From a phage, in assembly GCA_012401045.1 (NCBI GenBank), contig GCA_012401045.1_4704.1: a stretch of DNA of 64,000 bases. One strand, 5' to 3'. Each line of letters begins with the position of its first letter. Position 1 is the first letter of the stretch. The notes beneath the pieces were generated by a model, which had not been told where the DNA came from, made no database searches, and worked only from the letters and a program-made list of their open reading frames with translations. The position numbers were made by a program, and so were the translations under genes. Shown here in pieces: positions 48,201 to 56,562 of the stretch.

Positions 48201-48903
48201 ACGCCAAGTTCGTTATCTAGTTAACGGTGGCTATAACGGATTACGTGATGTTGAACAACGTTCTGCATATTGGATTCAGGCAGCTAAGAATGGCACCCTG
48301 AAGAAAATGATGGACGAGTTATCAGGGTCAACATCAGACGATCAAGCTGAAGGACCGACCACTGCCGAACAGGTGAAGAACGAAGCAGCACAAGAGGCAA
48401 ACGGAACACCTGCTGTAAGCAACGATCCGCAAGCCCCAGTATCTTCTACCACCCCTGAAGCTAAACCGTCTGCGGCTGCCGGGACGGCCCCAGCACCTGG
48501 GGAAGCATCACCAACGCCTGGAAGTTTCGAAACAGCAAAAGCCGCGGCAGGACAACCGACATCAACTCCAGCACCTAGCGATTTGCCGTCAAACCCAGGC
48601 GCAAATCGAGGGATATCGGTTCCGAATACACCTGCACAGGTTGCGCAGTCTGCGACACAAACGTCGGCTGCAAGTGAGAACTTCTACGGTAGCGCAGGTG
48701 AAATTCTCCGACAGCAGCTGACCACACAGCAGAACATCGAGAAGAACACCGGTAGAACGAATGAACTTATTTCGGAATTAATCCAAGCCGTTAAGGGTTC
48801 TTCTATCGGTAAGGGTTCTGCAAGTCCTTCTCAACAACAGACGATGTCACTACCTAATCGTCCGCAAGGAATCTCTCCAACACGGACAAGGTACGCACAG
48901 TAG
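42238..48903 (+). CDS. Giant virion-associated protein (about 2221 aa) with C-terminal-region GH19/lysozyme-like peptidoglycan hydrolase domain
   Basis: [10 protein letters not shown] ... [32 protein letters not shown] motif (GH19-type); Gly-zipper hydrophobic segment; internal ~109-aa tandem repeat; Pro/Ala/Ser/Thr-rich tail; start ATG 42238 with SD GGAGGT. Confidence 0.8.
   Translation: [2221 protein letters not shown]
44917..45570 (+). repeat. Internal tandem duplication (2 x about 109 codons) inside the giant gene
   Basis: [19 protein letters not shown]...[18 protein letters not shown] versus [18 protein letters not shown]...[18 protein letters not shown]. Confidence 0.6.
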
Positions 48904-48914
48904 TCATTAGTTAA

Positions 48915-48933
48915 GGGCGGGAATCTCCCGCCC
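48915..48933 (+). terminator. Hairpin gggcggga-atc-tcccgccc after the giant gene
   Basis: 8-bp GC stem followed by TCTTCTT, then SD of next gene. Confidence 0.5.
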
Positions 48934-48952
48934 TCTTCTTGAGGAATGTTAC

Positions 48953-51094
48953 ATGGGTATTCTTGTTCAAAACGCCCTAATCACCAAACAAGCGTTTTTA
49001 TTACCAGGCGATAGCAGCACTCTGAGCGCCGACATGATTAAAGCGAGACATACACCGTATTCCTACGATAACGTCGATGATACCACCTTAGGTGGGAACT
49101 GGGTGCTTAACCCGCCGCCGCAATATACAAAATTTGCCGACATCAAAGAACGCCGACGTGCGGTTATGCCGGGATCAACGGGCATGGGTCGAGGCTATAG
49201 TGAAAGCATTAACAGCTTTAAAGAGGTCGTTACATTACGATTCGGTAAACCTCGCTTTACAGGCGCAAGTATCTTCTTTACTGATTTCTACGATGCGGAT
49301 GTTGCCGTAACGGTTAAAACCGGTCGCGATCCCGGTATTCTTTATTACGCAGCCAAAGCGTATACCACCGTTCTTTCTTACCTCACACCTCTACCCTACT
49401 TGTATATGGTTGGACGTATCGGTCGATATTTCCTGGGTAAGCCTACCAGTCAATATTACTATCAAGTACCAACCATGCACGTGTATTGGGCGTCTTTCCA
49501 AACACTGGTAAACCAAACAGCGATAAACATGGGTCTTATCGCCGGTGCCGGTAAAGATAAAGGCTATGTGGAAGAAGGGGGTACCGTACTCCACCAATAT
49601 TCAATCGGTGGTCAGAACGTTGAAGAATTCATCAACTACGCCTCTAAGACGCTACCGGGGATTTATAAGAAAGGTGGTGGGATCGATATCTACCAGATCG
49701 CAACACGACGTCAGCGCATACAGAACGCATGGGTACGTCGTATTCAATCCATGATGGAAAACGATTACTCGTCTTACGAGGAGTTCTGGAACGATCTTGA
49801 TAAACGACTTGATAGCGGAGCATTTCCATCGGATGTAACCGGCCGTACGTTAACGCAGTATCTCGCCGACACGCAGAAGTCTGCTGTTTACAGTGCGACA
49901 GCTGGTGATAATAAACAAACGATGGACGACCTTTTATTCGGAAGGGCCTCATACACCAACAAGGACGCTGATGCCAACTTCAATGTCTCTGCAGTCACCT
50001 CCGACGGCGGTACGTCAACACAAAGTCAGGGTACAACAGCCAATGTCGGTAATTCGACATCAGGGACAACGCAAGCTTCAACAGCAGCATCGACGGCTGG
50101 AGGTGCGAACGTACAGAGCAAAGGAATCGGGCAAACGAACGCAGCCGAAGAAGCTACATTTCTTGATCTGATGGATGCTGAACTGGCTGACGGTGCCCAG
50201 TTTATCAGTTTTCGAGTCGATTCTGTCACCAGTGTAACCGAAACGTTTTCAAACAGCGCTTCAGAAAGTTCTATTGCACAGACGATGAATAGCCGTGCAC
50301 AAGCGAACATCGAACGTCGTTTCACCCTTTCCGGTGGTAATACAGGTTGGGCTGTACTAGACGAAGCAATCAAAGCCGGTTCCGATCTCGTCAACGGTGC
50401 TATTTCCGGGATGGGTCTGGATGGTATTTTTGGGGCCTTCATGGGTTCCGGCTTCGCTGACATTCCGAAATTCTATTCTGGATCGTCAGTAAGTCTACCG
50501 CGCGCCGATCTGACGATGGAATTGCGTTCCTGGAGTGGGGATCGTTGGTCGATCTTTACGAACCTCATGGTGCCTCTTTTAGCTATCCTTGCAGGTGGTT
50601 TACCTCAGGCTACCGGTAAATCGTCCTACGGGATGCCGTTCATGTGTGAATGTTATATCCCTGGTAAAGTCCAGATTAAAATGGGTCTTATCGACAACAT
50701 CACTGTGACGCGTCACGTTGGAAACGTGCCATCAACACGTGAGCGGTTACCGTTGGGTATCGATGTCAGCTTCAGCGTTTATGACCTGTCGTCCATCGTC
50801 GCCATGCCGATCACAACGACGGCCGCATCGATCGCAAAATTGGATCCTCGTGGCTTCTTAAGTGATCTTCTTGCTGACGATACCCCACTCAACAACTATC
50901 TTGCTGTATTATCAGCATTGACGCTTACGGAACAAGTTTACATGATTCCTGATTTAAGTCGTCGCATGCATAAAACCATGGCTGATATCGATAGTTTCTG
51001 GAGCAAAGGTAATTTTGCTAGCTGGTTGTCTGACACCATGCCTGGCAGGATAGCATCAGGGCTGTTATGGAAACGTACAGAACGTCCGTTCTGA
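48953..51094 (+). CDS. Putative virion structural protein (713 aa) with Ser/Thr/Gly-rich low-complexity region
   Basis: SD GAGGAA; immediately downstream of giant virion protein. Confidence 0.7.
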   Translation: MGILVQNALITKQAFLLPGDSSTLSADMIKARHTPYSYDNVDDTTLGGNWVLNPPPQYTKFADIKERRRAVMPGSTGMGRGYSESINSFKEVVTLRFGKPRFTGASIFFTDFYDADVAVTVKTGRDPGILYYAAKAYTTVLSYLTPLPYLYMVGRIGRYFLGKPTSQYYYQVPTMHVYWASFQTLVNQTAINMGLIAGAGKDKGYVEEGGTVLHQYSIGGQNVEEFINYASKTLPGIYKKGGGIDIYQIATRRQRIQNAWVRRIQSMMENDYSSYEEFWNDLDKRLDSGAFPSDVTGRTLTQYLADTQKSAVYSATAGDNKQTMDDLLFGRASYTNKDADANFNVSAVTSDGGTSTQSQGTTANVGNSTSGTTQASTAASTAGGANVQSKGIGQTNAAEEATFLDLMDAELADGAQFISFRVDSVTSVTETFSNSASESSIAQTMNSRAQANIERRFTLSGGNTGWAVLDEAIKAGSDLVNGAISGMGLDGIFGAFMGSGFADIPKFYSGSSVSLPRADLTMELRSWSGDRWSIFTNLMVPLLAILAGGLPQATGKSSYGMPFMCECYIPGKVQIKMGLIDNITVTRHVGNVPSTRERLPLGIDVSFSVYDLSSIVAMPITTTAASIAKLDPRGFLSDLLADDTPLNNYLAVLSALTLTEQVYMIPDLSRRMHKTMADIDSFWSKGNFASWLSDTMPGRIASGLLWKRTERPF

Positions 51095-51109
51095 TATTCA
51101 CCGCATAAA

Positions 51110-51143
51110 CCCCTCTCCCTTCCCTGATGGGTTGGGAGAGGGG
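51110..51143. terminator. Bidirectional terminator hairpin cccctctccc/gggagagggg
   Basis: 10-bp stem; CCGCATAAAC flank on plus strand resembles the ACGGCATAAA family. Confidence 0.55.
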
Positions 51144-51148
51144 TTATG

Positions 51149-52216
51149 TTAACCCAACGTCACCGTCGGTAAATCAGGATAAAGTTTCTTCAAGCCTGCC
51201 ATCGTGGTGGCAGTTGTATAATTCTTACCCATCGCAGCAAGAGATGCGTATTTCCTACTGCGGGAGAAAAGAGAATAGAACCCACTGGATGTTTCCATCC
51301 ACATCGTGAGGAGTTCTGCATCATTACCGTGATAGTTCGTTTTACTCCATCCTGGTTTAAACGCATCAGCAAAATCAATTAAACGCGATGCTTCAGCGTC
51401 GTATTCTTTAAGGGTAATATACGATGGGATACGGTAGTTACGAAACAATAACGTAATGAGTTCAGGGACAACGCTACGGGCACGTTCAGCAGTAATAAGT
51501 TCGGTGATAACGGCAGCTGTACGGAAATCGCCGTTAAGGCCAACGCTGCTTAACGATTCCGCTAAAGTGGTTGCCATCGCCACTTTATCCTCCGCTGATC
51601 CAGAGTCATACAGACTACGTACGTCGATATAGTTGCCCGCTAATGCGGCTTGACGAATCAACGATGTGACAACCGTCCGGTTCGTCTTATAGTCGTTGTA
51701 GCTGAATTCGGTTCGCGTTTTCCCTTGATCGTCGAGATACCGATCAACAATCGTCGACAGTTTATAATACTCGTCGCCAGACATCAGACTATCGAGAAGC
51801 TTAACGTTTCCATCTTTATCAATAAGCTTCCCTAACGCACCATTGGATTGCTGGTTAATGGTACTGTAAATCTGGTCTTTTACTTGCGATAGAATGTTAT
51901 CGGTTGACGATATATTCAGGCCAGTAACATCTTTGATCTTATTCATCAACGCGTTTTCATTCAGGGAGATTTTGCCTCCGCTGATATCGATGAAAGAATT
52001 AAGATCGCTTATGGAAATCAGGTTTCCTGTTAACGCCGATAATGTACTATTGATACTGTTCGTAATACTGCTGCGAAAACTGGTTAACGCATCCGCCGCT
52101 GAAACAGCGGTACCGCTAACCGCTTTAAGGAGCGTATCACGCCCTGTCGAAAAATCGCTGGTGATGGTTTTGATCTTGGACGTATCTATACTCGGCAGTT
52201 TGTCGTAAAGACTCAT
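51149..52216 (-). CDS. Hypothetical Ser/Thr-rich protein (about 356 aa)
   Basis: Start ATG 52216 with SD AGGAGGA; ORF-track N-terminal extension (hydrophobic FFFLF) rejected. Confidence 0.6.
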   Translation of the reverse strand: MSLYDKLPSIDTSKIKTITSDFSTGRDTLLKAVSGTAVSAADALTSFRSSITNSINSTLSALTGNLISISDLNSFIDISGGKISLNENALMNKIKDVTGLNISSTDNILSQVKDQIYSTINQQSNGALGKLIDKDGNVKLLDSLMSGDEYYKLSTIVDRYLDDQGKTRTEFSYNDYKTNRTVVTSLIRQAALAGNYIDVRSLYDSGSAEDKVAMATTLAESLSSVGLNGDFRTAAVITELITAERARSVVPELITLLFRNYRIPSYITLKEYDAEASRLIDFADAFKPGWSKTNYHGNDAELLTMWMETSSGFYSLFSRSRKYASLAAMGKNYTTATTMAGLKKLYPDLPTVTLG

Positions 52217-52245
52217 CACGTCCTCCTGAAAAAGAAAAAAGAAAT

Positions 52246-52282
52246 ACGGCATAAAGCCTACCCACACAATGGTGGGTAGGCT
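52246..52282 (-). promoter_or_regulatory. Hairpin + TTTATGCCGT late-type promoter/terminator candidate
   Basis: Plus strand ACGGCATAAAG + gcctacccac/gtgggtaggc stem, about 30 nt upstream of start 52216. Confidence 0.5.
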
Positions 52283-52298
52283 AAGATCAACATCGATG

Positions 52299-52811
52299 TT
52301 AAACTTCTTCGTTTTCTGAACCTAATGATTCAGCATCTGGATCGTCAACAGGAATGGTTGCATCAAAATACCGTTTCGTATGCGTGGTTGTATATCCTAC
52401 GCTATCTGTGATGGAAATCGTAAACGTGACTTCCCTTGCACGGATTAAGCGTAGTTTATTCATGAAGTTACGGAACGGCATCGATCCCCGATTCAACTCC
52501 TTAATGACGTTTCCCCGAATACTGGAAATGTCTTTATTCGTTTTATCAGGGTGTCGTTTCTTCACATCACGCATATGTCGGGTAATATACGAATTGAGCT
52601 GATTTGCGCCGATCCCTCTCTCCGTATAAATCTGCAACAGGAACTCCGTAAGGAAATCCTGTCTACCCGTAGGCGTCCAGAAATTGTTACCGTGATTGTA
52701 GTTAGTCGCTCGTCCTCGATTGCTTTGAGGATTTTCATCATCGCTTTCATCACGACGCTTAAGCGGATTAATGCGTGCGCGGAAAGAGACTTCATTATAT
52801 TTATTTGTCAT
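52299..52811 (-). CDS. Hypothetical basic protein (about 170 aa)
   Basis: ATG overlapping upstream stop (ATGA coupling). Confidence 0.55.
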   Translation of the reverse strand: MTNKYNEVSFRARINPLKRRDESDDENPQSNRGRATNYNHGNNFWTPTGRQDFLTEFLLQIYTERGIGANQLNSYITRHMRDVKKRHPDKTNKDISSIRGNVIKELNRGSMPFRNFMNKLRLIRAREVTFTISITDSVGYTTTHTKRYFDATIPVDDPDAESLGSENEEV

Positions 52812-53323
52812 AATACACCAGTGTACTGACTGAGTGCGAAGGTTAGGAGTTCGCAACAGTCTCTCGCTAGTTTCCTTGTTTTGCGTAATCCATAAGCCGC
52901 ATCCAAATCGTCACGTTCCGCCAGCGCGTCTAACCACGTCGCAAGTATGCGTCCATACTCGATAACGTCACGCATGAGAACGTCGAACCGGATAACACGA
53001 CCATCGGCATCAGCAAGCCAACGATTGAACGTGATTTGTGGTGCTAGTATTGCATATGTTCTCTCCTCTAATGCGATTATGTTTATGTTGCCTTCGTTAT
53101 CGAACGCTTGATGCCAACGGCGAAGGTCAAGCATCAACGACTCAGCGTCCATATACCACAACGGTAAATACGTTTTACGTGCAACGCGTATATCGTAGAT
53201 GTTGTGAACCCAGGACGTTGTTTTGTAAAGCAACAAGAGTTCGTTTAACCGTTGCCTATCATCTTGAAACGTCTTCCTTTTATAACGTTGGAACGCACGC
53301 CTCAAGAAAAAGCGATGTAACAT
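52808..53323 (-). CDS. Hypothetical early protein (171 aa)
   Basis: SD AGGTGA; early-type promoter motif about 95 nt upstream. Confidence 0.6.
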   Translation of the reverse strand: MLHRFFLRRAFQRYKRKTFQDDRQRLNELLLLYKTTSWVHNIYDIRVARKTYLPLWYMDAESLMLDLRRWHQAFDNEGNINIIALEERTYAILAPQITFNRWLADADGRVIRFDVLMRDVIEYGRILATWLDALAERDDLDAAYGLRKTRKLARDCCELLTFALSQYTGVL

Positions 53324-53411
53324 GGCATCACCTATGTATCATTCTTGCAGGCATCAATGAAGCCATCACAAGAAGGTAACGTTATACGTCGCCTTCATGA
53401 CTGTCATCATG

Positions 53412-53443
53412 AAGGTAATATAGTCCTGTTATTTTTTTCAATA
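53412..53443 (-). promoter_or_regulatory. Early-type promoter candidate (minus orientation ATTGAAAAAAATAACAGGACTATATTACCTT)
   Basis: Third copy of A-tract + TATATTACCT motif; divergent region. Confidence 0.5.
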
Positions 53444-53456
53444 CGGAGAATGTAAA

Positions 53457-54086
53457 ATGAGCGAATATGGTGTTGCCCCCGTAGATGATGAACCGCAAGA
53501 AGCACCTGATAAATTCGAGGTCCGTCTTGACGAAACCCGTAATATCCGCCAACGATTTATTCAACGCCTTGAAATGCTGTTAGATAGCGAATTCAAAGAT
53601 TTCGAGCTTAATCCTGGCGCTGATAACAAAGCCATCGTCGACGTCGAAAACGTCGACCGAATAGGTAAGCTGTTGTTGAAATCGTTGGGCGATAACGACA
53701 AAGTCGACTTAACGTTGAAACGTATCAGTGCCGACCAGGCCATGAATGACAGCGCACTGAAAACAGCACAAGCCCTAACCGAAACCATGCTGCGCCGCTT
53801 AGGTCAGATGGATCAACATCCTCTCGCAGCAGGGGCTGTTTATGAAGGCGAAGTCGTGAAGCCAGTCACGCCTGAAGAACGTGATCGTCGACTTGGTTTT
53901 GCGTCATTGGAAGAGTTCGATAGCAAGGAGTTCTCACCAGGCGTTCTCATCCAGGGACGTGTCGAAGAAACCAGCGATGCTTTCTATGCTAGAATGGCTC
54001 AACTGACGGCGTCGGTTCGTGAGGAGGTATCTCAGAAGATGGCTGCAGATCATCAGTCTTCGGAGGCGTCACACGAGGAGGAATAA
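53457..54086 (+). CDS. Acidic hypothetical protein (209 aa)
   Basis: SD ACGGAGAA; highly acidic composition. Confidence 0.6.
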   Translation: MSEYGVAPVDDEPQEAPDKFEVRLDETRNIRQRFIQRLEMLLDSEFKDFELNPGADNKAIVDVENVDRIGKLLLKSLGDNDKVDLTLKRISADQAMNDSALKTAQALTETMLRRLGQMDQHPLAAGAVYEGEVVKPVTPEERDRRLGFASLEEFDSKEFSPGVLIQGRVEETSDAFYARMAQLTASVREEVSQKMAADHQSSEASHEEE

Positions 54087-54777
54087 AATAACTGAACCAT
54101 TTTATTCCAAAGAACCGCATGAACATCACAGGCGCGTTAGAAAGTTCGATTGCTTCGTAAAGTTTGTCATAAGCCAGATCGGAATCAGGGATGGTTTCAC
54201 TGATTCGTCTGGCTACAACCAATACGTTACAAATCGGATTGTCTTCTAACAGCATCTGATTGGGGAGGTGCCAGCGTTTGAAATCGTAAAAGAACATCGC
54301 ATTATACGTCTTACGGATTTCTGACGGATGCAGTGTGGCCGGATGACGGTAAATAATCTCAACGCTATCTTGCGCGCCGAGGTATTGCTGGATGCCTTCT
54401 TTTAACGCAATTGCAGCATCTCCCACAAATTCAAACGGGTACGTATTCACATGAACCGAAAAATCCGGTGCGGCAATCCCTGTCAAGCGGTCTTTCATGT
54501 AGTCCGCAACCACGTAACATAATCGCCACATCAACTCCGTCGGAATACATTTATCAAGAATGGTTTCATCGATATTTGCCAACGCACCCTTAAACTCTTC
54601 GTAAGTGTAAGTAACACCCGCCTGCTTTTCCGGCTCCAGGTTATAGGGTCGGTAATGCCATTTCTTCCCCCACTTTCTGATAGCCTCAGGATCCAACGTT
54701 GTTGCTACCGCCATTTCGATATCAAGCAGCGCCTCGAGTTCTACGTACACCGTCACTAACGCCGCATTTCCAGTCAT
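53989..54777 (-). CDS. Hypothetical protein (262 aa); 3' end overlaps convergent gene by 98 nt
   Basis: ORF; last ~30 aa Pro-rich and possibly not real. Confidence 0.55.
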   Translation of the reverse strand: MTGNAALVTVYVELEALLDIEMAVATTLDPEAIRKWGKKWHYRPYNLEPEKQAGVTYTYEEFKGALANIDETILDKCIPTELMWRLCYVVADYMKDRLTGIAAPDFSVHVNTYPFEFVGDAAIALKEGIQQYLGAQDSVEIIYRHPATLHPSEIRKTYNAMFFYDFKRWHLPNQMLLEDNPICNVLVVARRISETIPDSDLAYDKLYEAIELSNAPVMFMRFFGIKWFSYFIPPRVTPPKTDDLQPSSEIPPHEPTPSVEPF

Positions 54778-55481
54778 CGTTGCTCTCCAGCTTCACCGGT
54801 TAACATCTGCATATCGGGAGACGTTTTAATTTTCTTCTCGTACTCTTTTGTTTGTTTGAATACCAACTCACCGATTTCTTCCAATTCTTCAACGGTGACG
54901 GTATGCAAATAAAGCAACGGAATAATCCAGGTATTCGCACGAAGCATATCCCGAATATCATCAACGGTGGGTAATTCCGTAAAGAACTGTTCGTCTACCG
55001 CGAATAAATCCCGGGCGATACCATCCACCAGTTTATGATTGCTTTCATGGATCCATGCAAAACTTCCAGCAAGATGATCGATAAGCATATCGATGTCATC
55101 GACCGTTGAGAACACTGTACGCCGAACGTGCGTTGTGAGGTCCATCGTAAAACCCATTAACGAAGGGGTTTCCTCAGAACGGAGTTCACGCCAAAGACGG
55201 ATCATGTTTTCAGGGATAAACAAATCATGGATGAACGTCACACTGAATTTCGTAACCCAGTCACGAATTGTTGCACCTTTGGAATATTGTTGCGGTGGGG
55301 AATACAAATACACCCAACGTTTTGTGTACGCGATAACTTCCTTTCGCATCGCCGCATCTAAAACAAGCACGTAACGATCGGAAGCAAGCTCTTCTAATAA
55401 AAGCTCGAACGCAGTATCACTCTCTGGGGAGAACGATCGTTTTATTTCTGCGATACGTCGTGATAACCGACCACGTAACAT
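54774..55481 (-). CDS. Hypothetical protein (235 aa)
   Basis: ORF. Confidence 0.6.
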   Translation of the reverse strand: MLRGRLSRRIAEIKRSFSPESDTAFELLLEELASDRYVLVLDAAMRKEVIAYTKRWVYLYSPPQQYSKGATIRDWVTKFSVTFIHDLFIPENMIRLWRELRSEETPSLMGFTMDLTTHVRRTVFSTVDDIDMLIDHLAGSFAWIHESNHKLVDGIARDLFAVDEQFFTELPTVDDIRDMLRANTWIIPLLYLHTVTVEELEEIGELVFKQTKEYEKKIKTSPDMQMLTGEAGEQR

Positions 55482-55483
55482 AA

Positions 55484-56158
55484 TTAGCCCTCATCAAGGT
55501 TATTCTGGAGATGCATCGCGGTGAGGATAACGCCAACCGCCGAAACCGATTTTGCCTTGCTGTCTTCAGGGAGCTGCTCCAAGCTTACGGTACCTGTTTC
55601 TAACAGCATGCGGTTCATTGCGTTGAACTTCTTATCGTCACCACCACGAGCCTGCATCAGCTCTCGGTTCACGTTCGGCATCGACCGTCCTAACGTCGCT
55701 TGCATTTCCGGCTGGCTCCAAGTGGAACCTTTACTATCACCCGTCGGCTGATTGGTGAGCTGGTCCTTGGTGTTGTTGTTTTTCGGAATCGAAATTTTAG
55801 CACTCAACGTTTCGGCTTGTCGGCGGTTTGGAATCAGGTACAATCTGGTTGGGCGGTCACGAAGCACCAATTGCCCTGTTTTCTGGTCGGTGAGATAAAT
55901 GCGTTGGAAGAAAGGGAAACCGTATTTCTTACCGACTTCCAACGCACGTTTTATCGTCACCTCGTTTTTGTTCATGTTGGGTACCCAGATGGGTAGAATC
56001 TCTTTCTTATCCCGACATAAACGCATATAGGCATCAAACGTCTCATCATCGATTTCAGCAAAACGTTTTTTGTAAATAGCGTAAGTCGGGCTCGATTCAC
56101 CCACCAGGTCTTTGATATACCCAAGAATGAATTTTTCTGCTGCAGCGCGGTTGGACAT
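55484..56158 (-). CDS. Hypothetical protein (224 aa)
   Basis: ORF. Confidence 0.6.
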   Translation of the reverse strand: MSNRAAAEKFILGYIKDLVGESSPTYAIYKKRFAEIDDETFDAYMRLCRDKKEILPIWVPNMNKNEVTIKRALEVGKKYGFPFFQRIYLTDQKTGQLVLRDRPTRLYLIPNRRQAETLSAKISIPKNNNTKDQLTNQPTGDSKGSTWSQPEMQATLGRSMPNVNRELMQARGGDDKKFNAMNRMLLETGTVSLEQLPEDSKAKSVSAVGVILTAMHLQNNLDEG

Positions 56159-56167
56159 AAACGTCTC

Positions 56168-56509
56168 CTATTGTCGTGTCTGTTGCGGAAATACCCGAAA
56201 CACCTGGACAATGATGTTCTTGTCCTCGCGGTTGGCGATGTCGATCATGTGTTTTGTTCCAGGACTTTTGAAATCCCAGAACGCAATTAAATGCGTAATG
56301 ACATCGCCCATCCACTCATTGCGTCTGAATCCAGCACCTTTACGATAAGGACCATCCCAATCGGCAGGAAACGTGGTGTATTTAAACCCGTAATCCTTCG
56401 CGTAGCGGCGCACATGCAAATCAGCGCCTGAATGCGCACCGCCAGCAATGAGATGAACTTTGTCGTGAGGAAGGTTGTGTAACATCTGGTTCATACGCTT
56501 TTCGAACAA
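56168..56509 (-). CDS. Hypothetical protein (113 aa) with Gly-rich LIAGGAHSGAD nucleotide-binding-like loop
   Basis: ORF; Rossmann-like motif. Confidence 0.5.
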   Translation of the reverse strand: MFEKRMNQMLHNLPHDKVHLIAGGAHSGADLHVRRYAKDYGFKYTTFPADWDGPYRKGAGFRRNEWMGDVITHLIAFWDFKSPGTKHMIDIANREDKNIIVQVFRVFPQQTRQ

Positions 56510-56562
56510 GGGATAATCATCCCAGTAGCGTGATCCCGATACCCCTACACGATAGGGTTCGC

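Noticed and set aside
53382-53564. Minus-strand 60-aa ORF across the 53457 gene start
   Set aside because: Overlaps a promoter region and a better-supported plus-strand gene; no SD
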